Below the pieces are notes generated by a model that was not told the origin of the DNA, ran no database searches, and saw nothing but the letters and a program-made list of their open reading frames with translations. From assembly GCA_013239625.1 (NCBI GenBank), contig MU053873.1:74524-138523 (forward strand): a stretch of 64,000 nucleotides of DNA. Reading direction: 5' to 3'. The position numbers and the translations under genes are program-made. This stretch comes from Lama guanicoe (lineage: Eukaryota). Positions 12,601 to 24,600 of this stretch are shown piece after piece (position 1 is the stretch's first letter; the number at the start of each line of letters is the position of its first letter).

Positions 12601-15600
12601 GCATTTGCAAACATAAGCCTGATTATGCTAAAAGGTTCACGGTCCTACATGGTACTACAGAGACGTAGCAGGCAGTGCTGGAAAATGGATTGGACTTGGC
12701 TACTGATTTTGGGTAAATTACTTCCCTGGTCTGAGACCCCACTCTGTCCTCTGTCCCAACTCTCATATAGACTATGGCCAGGAGCTCCTGCACCAGGACC
12801 CTAGGATTCTCTCGTGTCTTGTCTCTTGGTGTCTGTGGATGCTCCATTGGGGGAGCAATAACATCCCTTCTCTATAACTCAGCTTCCCCACCCATTAACA
12901 AAGAGAAAGTGGAGCTTCTGTGGATGACAGTGTCTGGGCTGTTGCTAAGCTTTGCTCTCGATGAAGCCCACAGTACACGCCTTCTCCCTCAGGACCTGGC
13001 AGCTTGCCAATGAGAATACTTCTCCTCCATGGGGAGCCAGACCACAGAGCATCTGTGAGGAGGGGGCGGTAGAGACTGAAGGTTGCCTGTGATGTGGGGG
13101 AGACCGCAGGATCTGAGGCTGGGGTGATGGTGTGGACAAGTACAGAGGCTGAGACATTTGTGGGGCTGGTTCAGACCTCCTGGTGGTGCTGCCGTAGAAA
13201 TGCGGGGTGGGGCTTCTCGCATCTCTAGCCCTTCTCCTCCAGGTCTTGCCCTAACAATGACCACGCTGGCCACAGTGTGCTGAGTGCTGTCTGGCAGGCA
13301 TTACGCTAAGTGCTGCACAGACCTTATCACGTTTCATCATCAGGTGTCCCTGTGAGGTAGAGAATTTGATCCCCATTGTAGCAATCAGGGAACTGAAGCT
13401 CAGGGAGGCTAAGTCACTTGCCTAAGGACTAGACAGTGGTCAAGTCCATCTCAGATCAGTGATTTTCCATGCCTGGCCCCTTGGCTTGGACAGAAAGGAA
13501 ACCGGAGATTTGATGAGGGTTTCGTGTGTGTGTATATGGTTTTTCTGCCTATAATGTAGTACAAGATCTTTGTAAAATTAACTGTATTTGCAGAACCAGT
13601 AGAAAAATACAAAAGCCCTCTATAAGCCTCCTAACACCCTAGAGAGAACCACCATTAGTGTCAGCATAGAGTCCCCAGAATTCTTTTCCCTTTCTTGTAA
13701 CCAAAGTATACTATATAAGCTATGTCTCATGCCTTATTTTTTTTATAGCATATTAGTTTATTCTCTTTAATGGGTATATTGTATATTGTATTCCATTGTA
13801 TGGATGGGCCACGATTTATTTAACAAGACCTTCTTAAGACCATTTAGCTTATTGCCAGCTTCCCAAGCTCCTGGGAACATCCTTGTACCTGTATCTTTGA
13901 GTCTTTTTATAAATATTTCTGTAGGATAAATTTCCAGAGATAGAATTGCTGAGTCAAAGGGACTTTTAATCGATACTGCAAAGCAGAGCAAGGTTAAACA
14001 GCTTTCCGAATGCCGACTTGCCAATCGTTACTCCTCACGGGTAAACTTGCTGTTCCTGTTCTGTGCCCCTTTTTTGGATCAATCTGGAGATGAGTGAAGC
14101 TCAGCAGAGTCAAGGCTGGGCTTGTCAGCACTCTGCCCACCTGTGATCCCGGTGCCTGCCCAGCCAGTTCTGCCTCTCTGCCATCTGGGGAAGGGGCATC
14201 CTCAAGAAATGTCTGATGACAGTCACAGAGCCAGCCAGAGCTGGACCGGAGAGCAGACATTCTGAACCCCTGTGACCACCCAGCCCTGTGACTCACCTAT
14301 GCCAGGGAGTATCGCTCAGCGTCCTGCCCTGCTCTTGACTAACTCGGCCACCTTGAGCTGGTCATCTCACCTGTCCAGACTGAGGTGTCCTCATCTATGT
14401 AAGGAGAGGGTGGGGCTGATGGAGCTCCAGCCACTTCTAGTTCTAAGAGTCTGAGAGCCTAAATCCGTGGACAAAGAGGGACCTCTCAGGCAGACTGCTA
14501 GGGCAGGGGCTTCAAGCCAAGACAGAGGTACTTACAGATGCCAGGATCACTGCAGGTGAGGGTCCCATCCTCAGGGACGAGGTGAGCATTGTACCTCTGG
14601 TTGGCCAGCACCTCTGTCATCTCCCCAGCCCGCTGCCGCTCCCCCATCTTGGTCTTCAGGAAAACACCAAAGCCAATGTCTGCACCATCAGATGAGAACT
14701 GCCACCTGTGTTGGGGGAGGGACAGAGACAAGCTGCTGCTCAGTCTGACGGGTCCCCATCCCCAGCCCGCTGCCGCTCCCCCATCTTGGTCTTCAGGAAA
14801 ATCCCGAAACCGATGTCCGAACCATCCGACATGAACTGCCACCTGCAGGGCACACCCACCCATTTAGACCTGATTCTGTCTGCGTGTGCCCTCTCTGGGG
14901 TCCTGCCAAGAGGGCTTCCCCTACCCCAGCCCATCTACCAGAACCTATGGCTAGAAGGATCAGGTCCTCTGGAAGGGTCCAGAACCCTACCTGAGGACGC
15001 AGCCGGGGAAGAGGATCTCATACTCCACTTGGTGGGAGGAGCCCCGGGAAATCTGCACACTGTGCTCATACTGCTGCTTCACCTGGTCTCGCACGTAATA
15101 CTTCTTGGGGATGTCGCCCCCGTAGTTGATCTGGAAGCAGAGCATGGAGTGAGCCGGATGTGCACTTGAGCCAGGTGTCCCTGGTCACCTCCAGCCCCTG
15201 GCAGCCCATACCTTGGATTTACACTTGGGGTTTCCATCAGGGTCAGTCATGGTGCCCCCATACTCCACGGGCAGCTGGTCAGGGCTGACATATTTCAGTA
15301 AAACCTCCTTCCAGTTCGCTGGCAGGAGAGGGAAGGAGGGAGAAGAAAGAATCACCACAGGCAGAATTTCATCACAGCCCTGGAGGGCTGCACAAAACAG
15401 GCAGGAAAAAACCCTGTCCGCCCCTGCACACACAACACAGGCATTGGGAGCACATGGTGTACACAAACTCTGCAAGGGGGCTGGAGAGGAGCCGCCACCC
15501 AGGGCTGCCCTGCTCTGGACCAGGAAGCCGGAGACCTGGGGTCCTGTCCCCACGGCCTCTGGCCAGCTGATCAACCTGAGGCAAATCACTTCATTCTGAG

Positions 15601-18600
15601 ACTAGTGCCTCCTGCCCTGCAAGGTTACGGTGGGAGTGAAGTCAACTAAGTGTGTGAAGAGGGTGTTGTAAACTGTAAAGTGCCCTACCTGTATGAGAGT
15701 GTATTCTCACTCCCAGGAAGGTGATACAAACACCTGAAGTGCAAGCAGAGGGGACAAAGAGAGGGAAGGACATTCCACACAGAGGGAACAGCACATGCGT
15801 GCGGCAAGCAAGAGGACCTGAACCAACATGGTCTGCCTGAGTTAGACTGAATGTGACGGCACGATCGTGTGTCTCGTCCCCCACTGTCACCCACTGTGCC
15901 CAGTCATGATTTAATGAACTCATCACTGTAGAGTGACCCCTTAAACAGGGTCCCTTGGCTTTACCCCAGCCACAATTTCACTTCTGCTTTCGTTTGGCCA
16001 CCAGTGATTTGGCTCATTTTTAAATAACCAAGCCCTTTCCTGGCTAGGAGGGTTTGACTCAAGGGCAACCAATGCTGGCATCCACTTCTGTGCCATTCCA
16101 GATTCCTAAACAAGTATCAGCCACGGACAGTATTTCGATGCTGGAAACCTCTCCATGCTGACACAGAGACCAGATATGGGCAGCAGCTCCAAGTCCCGGA
16201 GTACCAGCCGCCTCCTCTGTGGCAGGTGCTGCCTGGAAACCCACAGGGATGGGCCAGGGTCTCCCAGCCCTTAGGTTTCTGGGGACCTGCGACCAGGCAA
16301 CTGCAGGGACATCGTGCCTCTTGTCTCAGGGTGCTTGCATCTGTGCTAAGCTCCAGTGACCAGCCCAAGGTGAATTTCTTCCTTCCTCTGTTGAAGATCT
16401 GTACCTTCCAAGCCCAAGGCGGGTTTGGTTGAAAGGGTTTCAGGTGTGGGTGGGGGAACAGACTGAACCTCCTCCGCAGCTTGGCTGCCAGGAAACCAAA
16501 CGCGCTCATGCTCGTGGTGGGTGGCAGCCTCAGAAAAGCCAAAACTCATCAGGGCCTTTCGCTCAGATTTTGTGTGTCATCCCCCAGCTCAGCTGGAGGG
16601 TTGGAACAAGGCCAGGAGGACTCCTCCCATCTTATAGAGAGAGGACTGAGGCAACAAGGGGCAGAACTTGCTCCAGAGCCAGAAGAGGTGCCCAGAACCC
16701 TGGGCTCTCCAGACTGCCTTGTGCCACCCGCAGGGCTCAGCACATATCTGGAAAACTGCTACTTTCAGTGCGGTGCCTAAAGGTGAACACTCAGAAACCA
16801 GAATTTCCTGCCTCCGAGTTCAACTCCACGGGTGGCGCTAAGCCGTCCCGGAGCTGGTCGCAATCTGCCTTTCTAGGCTTTTCTCCCACCACTCCATGTC
16901 GTGCTCCAGCAAACCTCGAATGCTGTCTGTCCCTGGCTGGCTTGAGTCCCGTGTGTCGTCTTCATTGGCTCTCCCTTGTCCCCTGATGTTCTCCTGGCTT
17001 CCCTGACTAGCCAATCCCTGTCCACCTGCTTCCCCGCCAACCTTGCCAGTCACTTCCCCTTCTCCCTCGGGGGGTTCCTTTTTCTCTGACTGCCCTCGAG
17101 CCTGGATAGCCCCCAGGTCCAGCCTCTGTCCTGTGGGTCTTATCTCCTCCCAAGGGTTTAGTTGCTGCCTCTCTCTGGTAACTCCCAAATCTCCAGACTG
17201 GAGTTCGCTCCTAAGCTTCAGGCCCAGATCTCCCCAGCTCACAGTATCTGTGCATCCCACGGACCCCTCAAACCCAACTTCAGGCTTATCCTTCGTTCCC
17301 CAGTCGAACTAACTGCATCAGTGTGACAGCAATAGTCACCCATGCCAGATACCAGGGAGCCATTCGAGATTTCTCTTCCTCCCTTCCCACATCCAGTCAA
17401 CTGAGCTCTGCTCCTCCGCTTCCTACAGAAGTCTGAAATCCATCTCTCCTATCCCTACCGCCCCCGCCCTGGCTCAGGCTGGCAACACCTGGTGCGTGGA
17501 CTGTGGCCAAGGTGTGCAAACTGGTACCTGTCCTTCACAGTCTCACCAGTACTCCCCGGCTCAGAGCTCTTCTCTGGTTCCCGGGGGCCTGCAGAGTCAC
17601 ATCCCAGCCTCCCAGCACAGTGCCCTGGACTCTCTGCGACCTGGCTCCTGGCGCCCGGCTCCCTCTCCATGCCATCTCTTTCCTCGCCCTGCCATGCATG
17701 CCAGCTGCCCATGCCACAGGGTGTAAGGTCTTTGCTCGAGGCTCTTCCTTCTGCCCAGTAGCTTCTTGCCTGGCTTCTCTTGCTGCCCTGCTCATTCCAG
17801 ATCTCTCAGCACCGGGAGGCCTCGCCCCCTCCCCAGGTCAGGCCGGGTGAGTTCCCTGGCTCAATGTTCCCACGCGCTTTCCGAGTCCTCTCTTTGACAC
17901 TGGACATCTCACGCTGATACACGTCTGTTTGTGTCTCCCTCCCCGAGAGGCCACGAGCTCTGCAAGGGGCCCCGTCTTAACCATTGCTGCCTCGGCACCT
18001 GGTCCAGGGCCTGGCAGACAGCAGGTGCCCATCAAGTGAAGCCATGCATCCTTGCCCCCACCTGAAAGTGACCCCTGCTCCTGTGACCTCCATGGCACCT
18101 GCTCTGTGCCACGTCTGTGCCTTTTCTAGAGTCCTAGCTTTCTCTCTAAAGGTCTCTCTCCCATTTCACTGCAGCTTCTGGAGGGCAAGGACTGGTGTTT
18201 CATTCATCTTTGAATTTCTTCCAGAGGGTCTGAGAGAAAGAGTTCTTAGGAAAACAGGCAGGAAGTCCCCTGCTCAGCCCCAGCCTGCTCCTGGGTCCCA
18301 CCGCTACCAAACCAGCAAAGGGAGCCTCCATCCGGGCCGCTGTGGCTGCATCTCTACGGCCATCCCCAGCTGGGCCCCAGGAGTCTGGGCTACTCACCCC
18401 CCAGGACCATGATCTTCTTACGAGTGTCCTCACTCAGGAAGGGTTTGATGAGGTTATAGGCCACAGGAAACAGCTTGGGGGCTGGAACAGAGACCAGGCA
18501 ACGTGAGGCCAGGCCCAATGCCCACTCTGTCCCCAGCAGTGTCCTCCACAGCCCCCCGCGTCAGGCCACACGCTCCCTTTCCCATCTGCACAGTGGGGAT

Positions 18601-21600
18601 GGTCCTCCTACCTCACCGAGTTGGGTGGCTCGAAGGAGGTAACAAATAATGGAACTTTGTGGATATAAATCGGTCTGCGTACGTCATGGGTTGGTCTTCA
18701 GAACGTGTCCTCAGACCCACCGCTCTGCCTGTGGCTCACTCTATTTCACTCTCCTGACTGTCCCAGTAGTACTTTTGGCCCCTCTTTCCCATCTGGCTTC
18801 ATCACAGGTTGTTCCCGACTTACCTTTAACAATAAAAAGACGCTTCAGTGTTTCGGGATAATTTTCCTCAAACATGCAGAGGAACTGTGGAAACAAAATC
18901 ACTAAGTCCAGCGGGCTCGGATCTCTCGGCTTCCTCTGGCTTCCCCCGCCGCCCGGGCCTCCCGGCAGAGGGGCCCACCCCGTCTCTTCCCTCCCACCCC
19001 ACGCCCATGCTGGCCCTCACCTCTCCATAGGCCTCCACAGCCGGCTTCCAGAGATGCTTGAGGCCAAGCCCCTCACAGTCGTAAATCAGGGTGATGGTCT
19101 CTATCTTCTTCCCTGTCTGCAGGGGACAGAGGAGCAGAAAGTCACACCAGGCTGCTCCCCCCGACCACTGCAGAAGCCCACCCCGCTTCAGGGAAAATGC
19201 TGATTATACCTCGCACCCCTGTTGCAACCAGATGTGTGCAGCGCCGGCCCTAGGATTTTCCAAATCAAGATAATTACCCCAGGCCGGAATTGTGGCCTAG
19301 ACAAGTCACGCGTCCCGTCTAGATCTCCATGTTCTTATCCAGTAAACAACTGGGTGGACCGAGATTACATCTGAGGTTCCTTCTGTTCTGCAGTTTGACC
19401 TGGCGGCCTCCCTCTTCCTCTGCACCCCTGCAGGGCTCGGGCCGTGGGGCCTCGTGAGGCCCTCATCTCGTAGGCACAGATGCTCTCTGTCCAACCTGAG
19501 CCCTTAGGGTGCACTCCTGTCTAATGCTTCTCTGCGTCCCCAGCCCTATGGGGCCTTGGCACACAGTCAACGTGGACGACTGTTGAAACGTCCCCAAGCG
19601 TATCACATCATTTCACTGGATCTTTACAACTGCTGAAGAGGAGGGAAGGAGACAGGACCGTGGTGGCTCCGGCTTGCTCTTCAGTCTGTTTTCAGTCTAA
19701 GAGAATCAGTGTCCTCATCTTTGTTTGTATACAGGATTAGAGGGGCACAGACTGTGAGCTCATCGACACCAGTCCAGCACCCAAATACTTGTCCAAGGAG
19801 AGGGCGGTCAGGGGCAGAGATTCCACTGGTGCCCAGATACATAAGGAAATAACAATACGTAGTATGTTTCTTATGAAGCTAAATTTTATTCAATTTAAAG
19901 GACTGCCCTTTATTCTGAGTTTATGCCATCCCTGTAGTTTGGGGGGTTAATTATGGCAGTGATAGCTGGTAAGTTTTTTCTAAGTCCTCACTTGAAAAAA
20001 TTAAAATTTGGCCACATATGTCAGTCTCTAAAACTGAAATTTCACTGGCCTGGGGCTTAGATCCCTGTGTGACATCCCCGCTCCTGCTTGAATGCCTCCA
20101 CTGTGCTTCACTTCTTTTCGACTGTGCAGGTCCACCCACCTTTTCCGTCTGGCGGGCACACTCCCGCAGAAGCAGCTCGCAGTCCCGCATCTTGGTCCTG
20201 AGTAAGTCCTGTTTGGAGGCTGAGAGGAGCAGACCCTTGGCATCCAGCGGTCCAATGATGTCATACCAGATCGGGCAGCCGTCCAGGTCATAGCCACACA
20301 TACCCCCGGACAGATACTGTTGGACCACCTGGGCCCAGACAGACAGGAGACACCTGGTCAGCAGGCCCAGGATGGCCACACCTTCCCCATGTCCAGGGCC
20401 TTCTTTGGGGTCCATCCTCCCCTGGGTGCCTGTGGATACCCACTCTGGGAACTGTGAGGGCTCACTCAACATTATCAGACCTTTCCTCTGAGGGTTCCAG
20501 TCCCGCAGTCCCAGGACCCAGACTGTGGGTCTAACAGACCTAACGTAGGGATGGGCGGGATAGTCGGTCCTCACCTCTGGAGGTTGCCAGCTCTCGATGT
20601 TGTCAACGTCCTTTTGCTTTCGGAACTCCACATGCTACAGACACACAATCAGGGCTTTAGACAAGCAGGGCCAGGGTGGTGGGGGTGGTCCTTAATAGGC
20701 ATCGAGCAGTGAGCAACAGCACGAACGGACCGCCAGACCACAGGTAAGTCACGAGAAGGCAGCTGGCGGGAGCGGAAAAGAAGGAACTGCCCGTTCTCCA
20801 GGCCTCAGCAGAGCAGGTTATAGTTTTTGGCTGGCCCAGAACTATGAAAGCTCTGTGTTTCCAGGGAAGGGAATGCCCTTTGTCCCAGAGGATAAGGCAG
20901 TAGGGGTCAGGTAATACTCAGATTTTTTGTCACATAAGCCACAGGCTGTGATCAGGGTGTGAGGGGTGGATAAGTCCAAGCGCGGGGTGATTCTCGGGGG
21001 CAGGGATGAGGCAGCAGTGGGTTCGGATCTCACCTTCCGAAGCATGGCCTCGGACTTCTGCAGGTCAAAGCTTCTTGCTGTAACAGGGAAAGATGGCCAG
21101 GGTTAGGCCAGCAGCCTGGGTGCCAGGGACGGGGAGACGTCCCTGTTCCCGTGCTGGGGCCCCAGCTGACTCTTAGATCACCCCGCATGCAGAAGCTAAT
21201 GTGAGGGCGTTCACTGAGGGCTTCTGGAAAACCACAGCCCCGGGGCTTGCAGGGAGAGCACGTTCAGGGCAGGTCAGGGCAGCACCACAAGTTCAGGGTC
21301 AAAAAAGTTTGACCCAAGTGGATGCAGTCAGGTTAAGGGTCTTATCACCTCTCAGGGAAAGCGAACCCTGGATCCCCTTATCACAGAGCCTTCTCCTTAC
21401 ACAGTTAACCGCCTGCACAGTCTAACTTCCAGTCCTGCGAACTTGACCTGCAGTTCAAAGATGAACACAGTTCCCCCATAATCTGGGGCAGAGCTGGCAG
21501 AACATCCCAGCAGGAGGGAGGGAGGGATGATGAGACTTGAGTCAAACTTGCCAGGTCCTCCTCCAGGACTCACACATAACCCCCGGGAACACAGAGGGCC

Positions 21601-24600
21601 TTCCGCCTCCTCTGGTTCCTGGGAGGTTCCAGAACTAGAATTCACCTGGGCTAGCTCGATTTTATGCACAAACTGCAACACACTGTCCAGCTCAGGCTCA
21701 AACACAAAGATTTCCCTGTCCCCCAACGCCACCTGCTCCCAGACAATCTGAGTTGCCATTTGCACTCAGCCCTCGTTGTACTGAGCCAAGACCCTCTCAG
21801 GAGACACGCAGAGAGGAGAAGGGCTTCCTCAGCCACGTGACCACCTTGCCACTCTAAGTCCCCGCTGTTACACAGCCCACCACAGACATCATCAGCCATC
21901 CTTCACAGCTTGGTTTCAAGTCCAAGCAGACAACTTCCCTTTGGATGTTTTCCAGTTTGCCACCGCCTCTCGAGTGTGCGGTCCAGAGCACAGGTGTTGT
22001 CTACCCTTCAATTAAATGCAAGAACTTTTTTGGTAATGGGCCAGACCCTTAACTCGGGTGACACAGTCAACTGAAACCCCCAAATCCTTTCCACCTGTGC
22101 TGCTGCGTGAGCTCTCTCCCAGATGCCATGAGGTGGTTTTCTGGATCTACCCCTGTCAGATTCCACCTTGTTACAGTCAGCTGCATTTCATCCCTTAGAG
22201 ACTTCCTGAGATCCAGATTGTGACCAATTTTGCCATCAGACCTATAAACTGTCCCTCCCAGCTGTTCATCCTCTGTGGATCAGACACCCAGATCTGCTGA
22301 CAGCTCTGGAACCTGAGCCAGACAGGCTGCCCTCTGGACTGTCACCGGTCCCTTAATCACTGCTCTCCGGGAGCGGCCAAGCGCATTCCCTGACTCTGCT
22401 ATCATGAAAAGCAGCCCACTCTCCTGTGTCCAAAGGGTGAATTGAGATTTGACCAATGCCACGCCCACTGTGGGTGCTAGACACACGTTTGCAGAAATGA
22501 GCAGCCTTCTGTCCTGGGGAGTACCTTCTGACGGCCACACCTCATGTGCCATGGTGGCAGCAGGGGACAGCTTTCAGAGGAATATAATCTGGTTATGCAT
22601 CTCAGCCTTCCCACTTTCTCCCTGTTTGACCTTGGACAAGATACTGCACATCTCTGGTCAGATCATCTAATGAGCTAGAAACACTTGGAAGATGTAGGGC
22701 ACCATGCTATGATGATGCAGGAGCCCATCTGGACCTGAAAGCGGGAATCTTCCACAGGAGGGTCATCCCCAACTGTGAGGAGTCATCTTCCTAGGGAACA
22801 AGTGTGGTGGTGAACTGTGAGCCCCCTTATCTCAGGGAAGCTCTCCAGTTGACCCTTATCTGCTGGAGTCCAACATCCAGGGTTCTCCAGGGCCCTCCCT
22901 GAGTTACCACTGCCCCCGGCAGTACCAGCCTGATGCCTCCCAAGGCCTGCTGAGTCAGACTTCTCCAGGGCTCCTGCCACCCTGGTCAGGGGCAGCTCGA
23001 AGCATGACTTAGGGCACTGCCAGAGAAGCCGGCCTGAGAGCAGCTGTCCTGGGTTCTTATTTGATCGCTTTCTAGTCCTGGAAAAGGAGACTCAGTCCTG
23101 CTCTGCCCCGCTCACAGGGTTTCCTGCACCTCCTTGTCTTATTCTCCCATCTGACCCTCCTTGCTGAGCTGCCAAGACTCAAGCACGGTCAGGGGGAGGC
23201 AGCAGAGATTTGTGGGGCTGCTCTCAGGCCTGGGGACCACAGAAGACTGAGCCCATGTTGGGGAAGGAGGAAGGGAGGAACCCAGAGCTCACTCACACCT
23301 ACGTTAGAGGAAGACGTTGGGCATGTGCCTTGCAAATGTTTTCTTTAGAAAGAAAAGGTTTCTTAAAAAAAAAAAAAAAAGGAAAAAGAAAAAGGGAAAA
23401 AACCAAGCAAGCAAAGCAAGGCAACAAAAACCCTAATTGAAATTCACAGTAGAGCGTGACCAGGCCTGAGCTCCTGCCCAGGGAAATGTGAGGCACAAAT
23501 TAAGAGATACCTCCTCTGCTGGAAGAGGCAGGGCTTGGCTTTGGGGGGTAGTGGGGGCTTTCTGGAGAGGACGCTGGCCTGGGAAGCAGGGGCCCTGGGT
23601 TTCTGCCTGATTCTGCTTTGCATTAGCTGTGTGCCCTCAGGTAAGTGCCCTCCCCTGTCTGAGCCTCAGTTTTCTCATCTGGCAAATGAGGATGACCACA
23701 CTCTTCCACATCCCTGCAAAGAGAGGGGTTATCCCAGGACTGGGGAGTTGGTGGTGCCCGATAAACCAACTGCCAGGGCCCCGGGCTGGCCTTCTCTTAG
23801 ATAAGAGAGAGCTGCAATGTTATTCAGTTCAGCAGCTCTCTGAAACCACACTTCCCCCCCAACAGTAGCCGAGGAGTTTACCTGATCATCTTGCGGCTGG
23901 CCCTTTAATGCAGCACAGTCTTCCCACTCTCCCCACCCACCCGCTTCTAGCCAAAATATCCTCCAGCTCTGGACAGACTCCACAGCCGCCCCCTCGCTGC
24001 CCCTCCACCCTCTCTGAGTGGGCAGAAGTGTGTGTGGGGGGGTCACAGCTTTTTGGGAGGAAAAGGGCAAGTGGCACCTCCAGAGGCACACAGGGCCCCA
24101 CGTGGCTCTCCTAGTAGCATCTGACCTGGGGCATCTGCTGGCAGCCTCTCAAGACCCTGACAGCGCTACTCAGTTCCTGGACAGAAAAGGAAAATACATC
24201 ACCTCACCTGTCCCAAGACTCCGAGGGTATGTATGTGTGTGTCTGAGTCTGTAAACAGTCAGCCATGATTTGTACTTTAGCATTTGGGACTATGATTCTA
24301 TATCATGATTTAACCTCTGCTAATCTAACACAGAGAAGGAATCTTCTCTATTATTTCTATGTCTGGCAATAAAGTGTCCAGAAAGAAAAAAAAAAAGTAT
24401 GTCACAAGAACTGGAGAGGGTGGCACGTGACTTGAATCCCAGGAGAGAAGAGAGAAAAGATAGGGAAGATTTCAGGAGTTGGGGCATGGGGTTGAGTTTG
24501 ACCCTGATGCCAGTACAGATATGTACACTTCATCACCATGGGCACAGCTCTGTCATGTCCCATCTCGCCATAGACAGGGCACCCTGTCTCATCCTGCTCT

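Noticed and set aside
14759..14842. Mutually exclusive exon pair interpretation of the exon 11 duplicate
   Set aside because: The upstream copy has no GT donor at its breakpoint and lacks the 3' 86 nt of the exon, so it cannot substitute as a complete exon.
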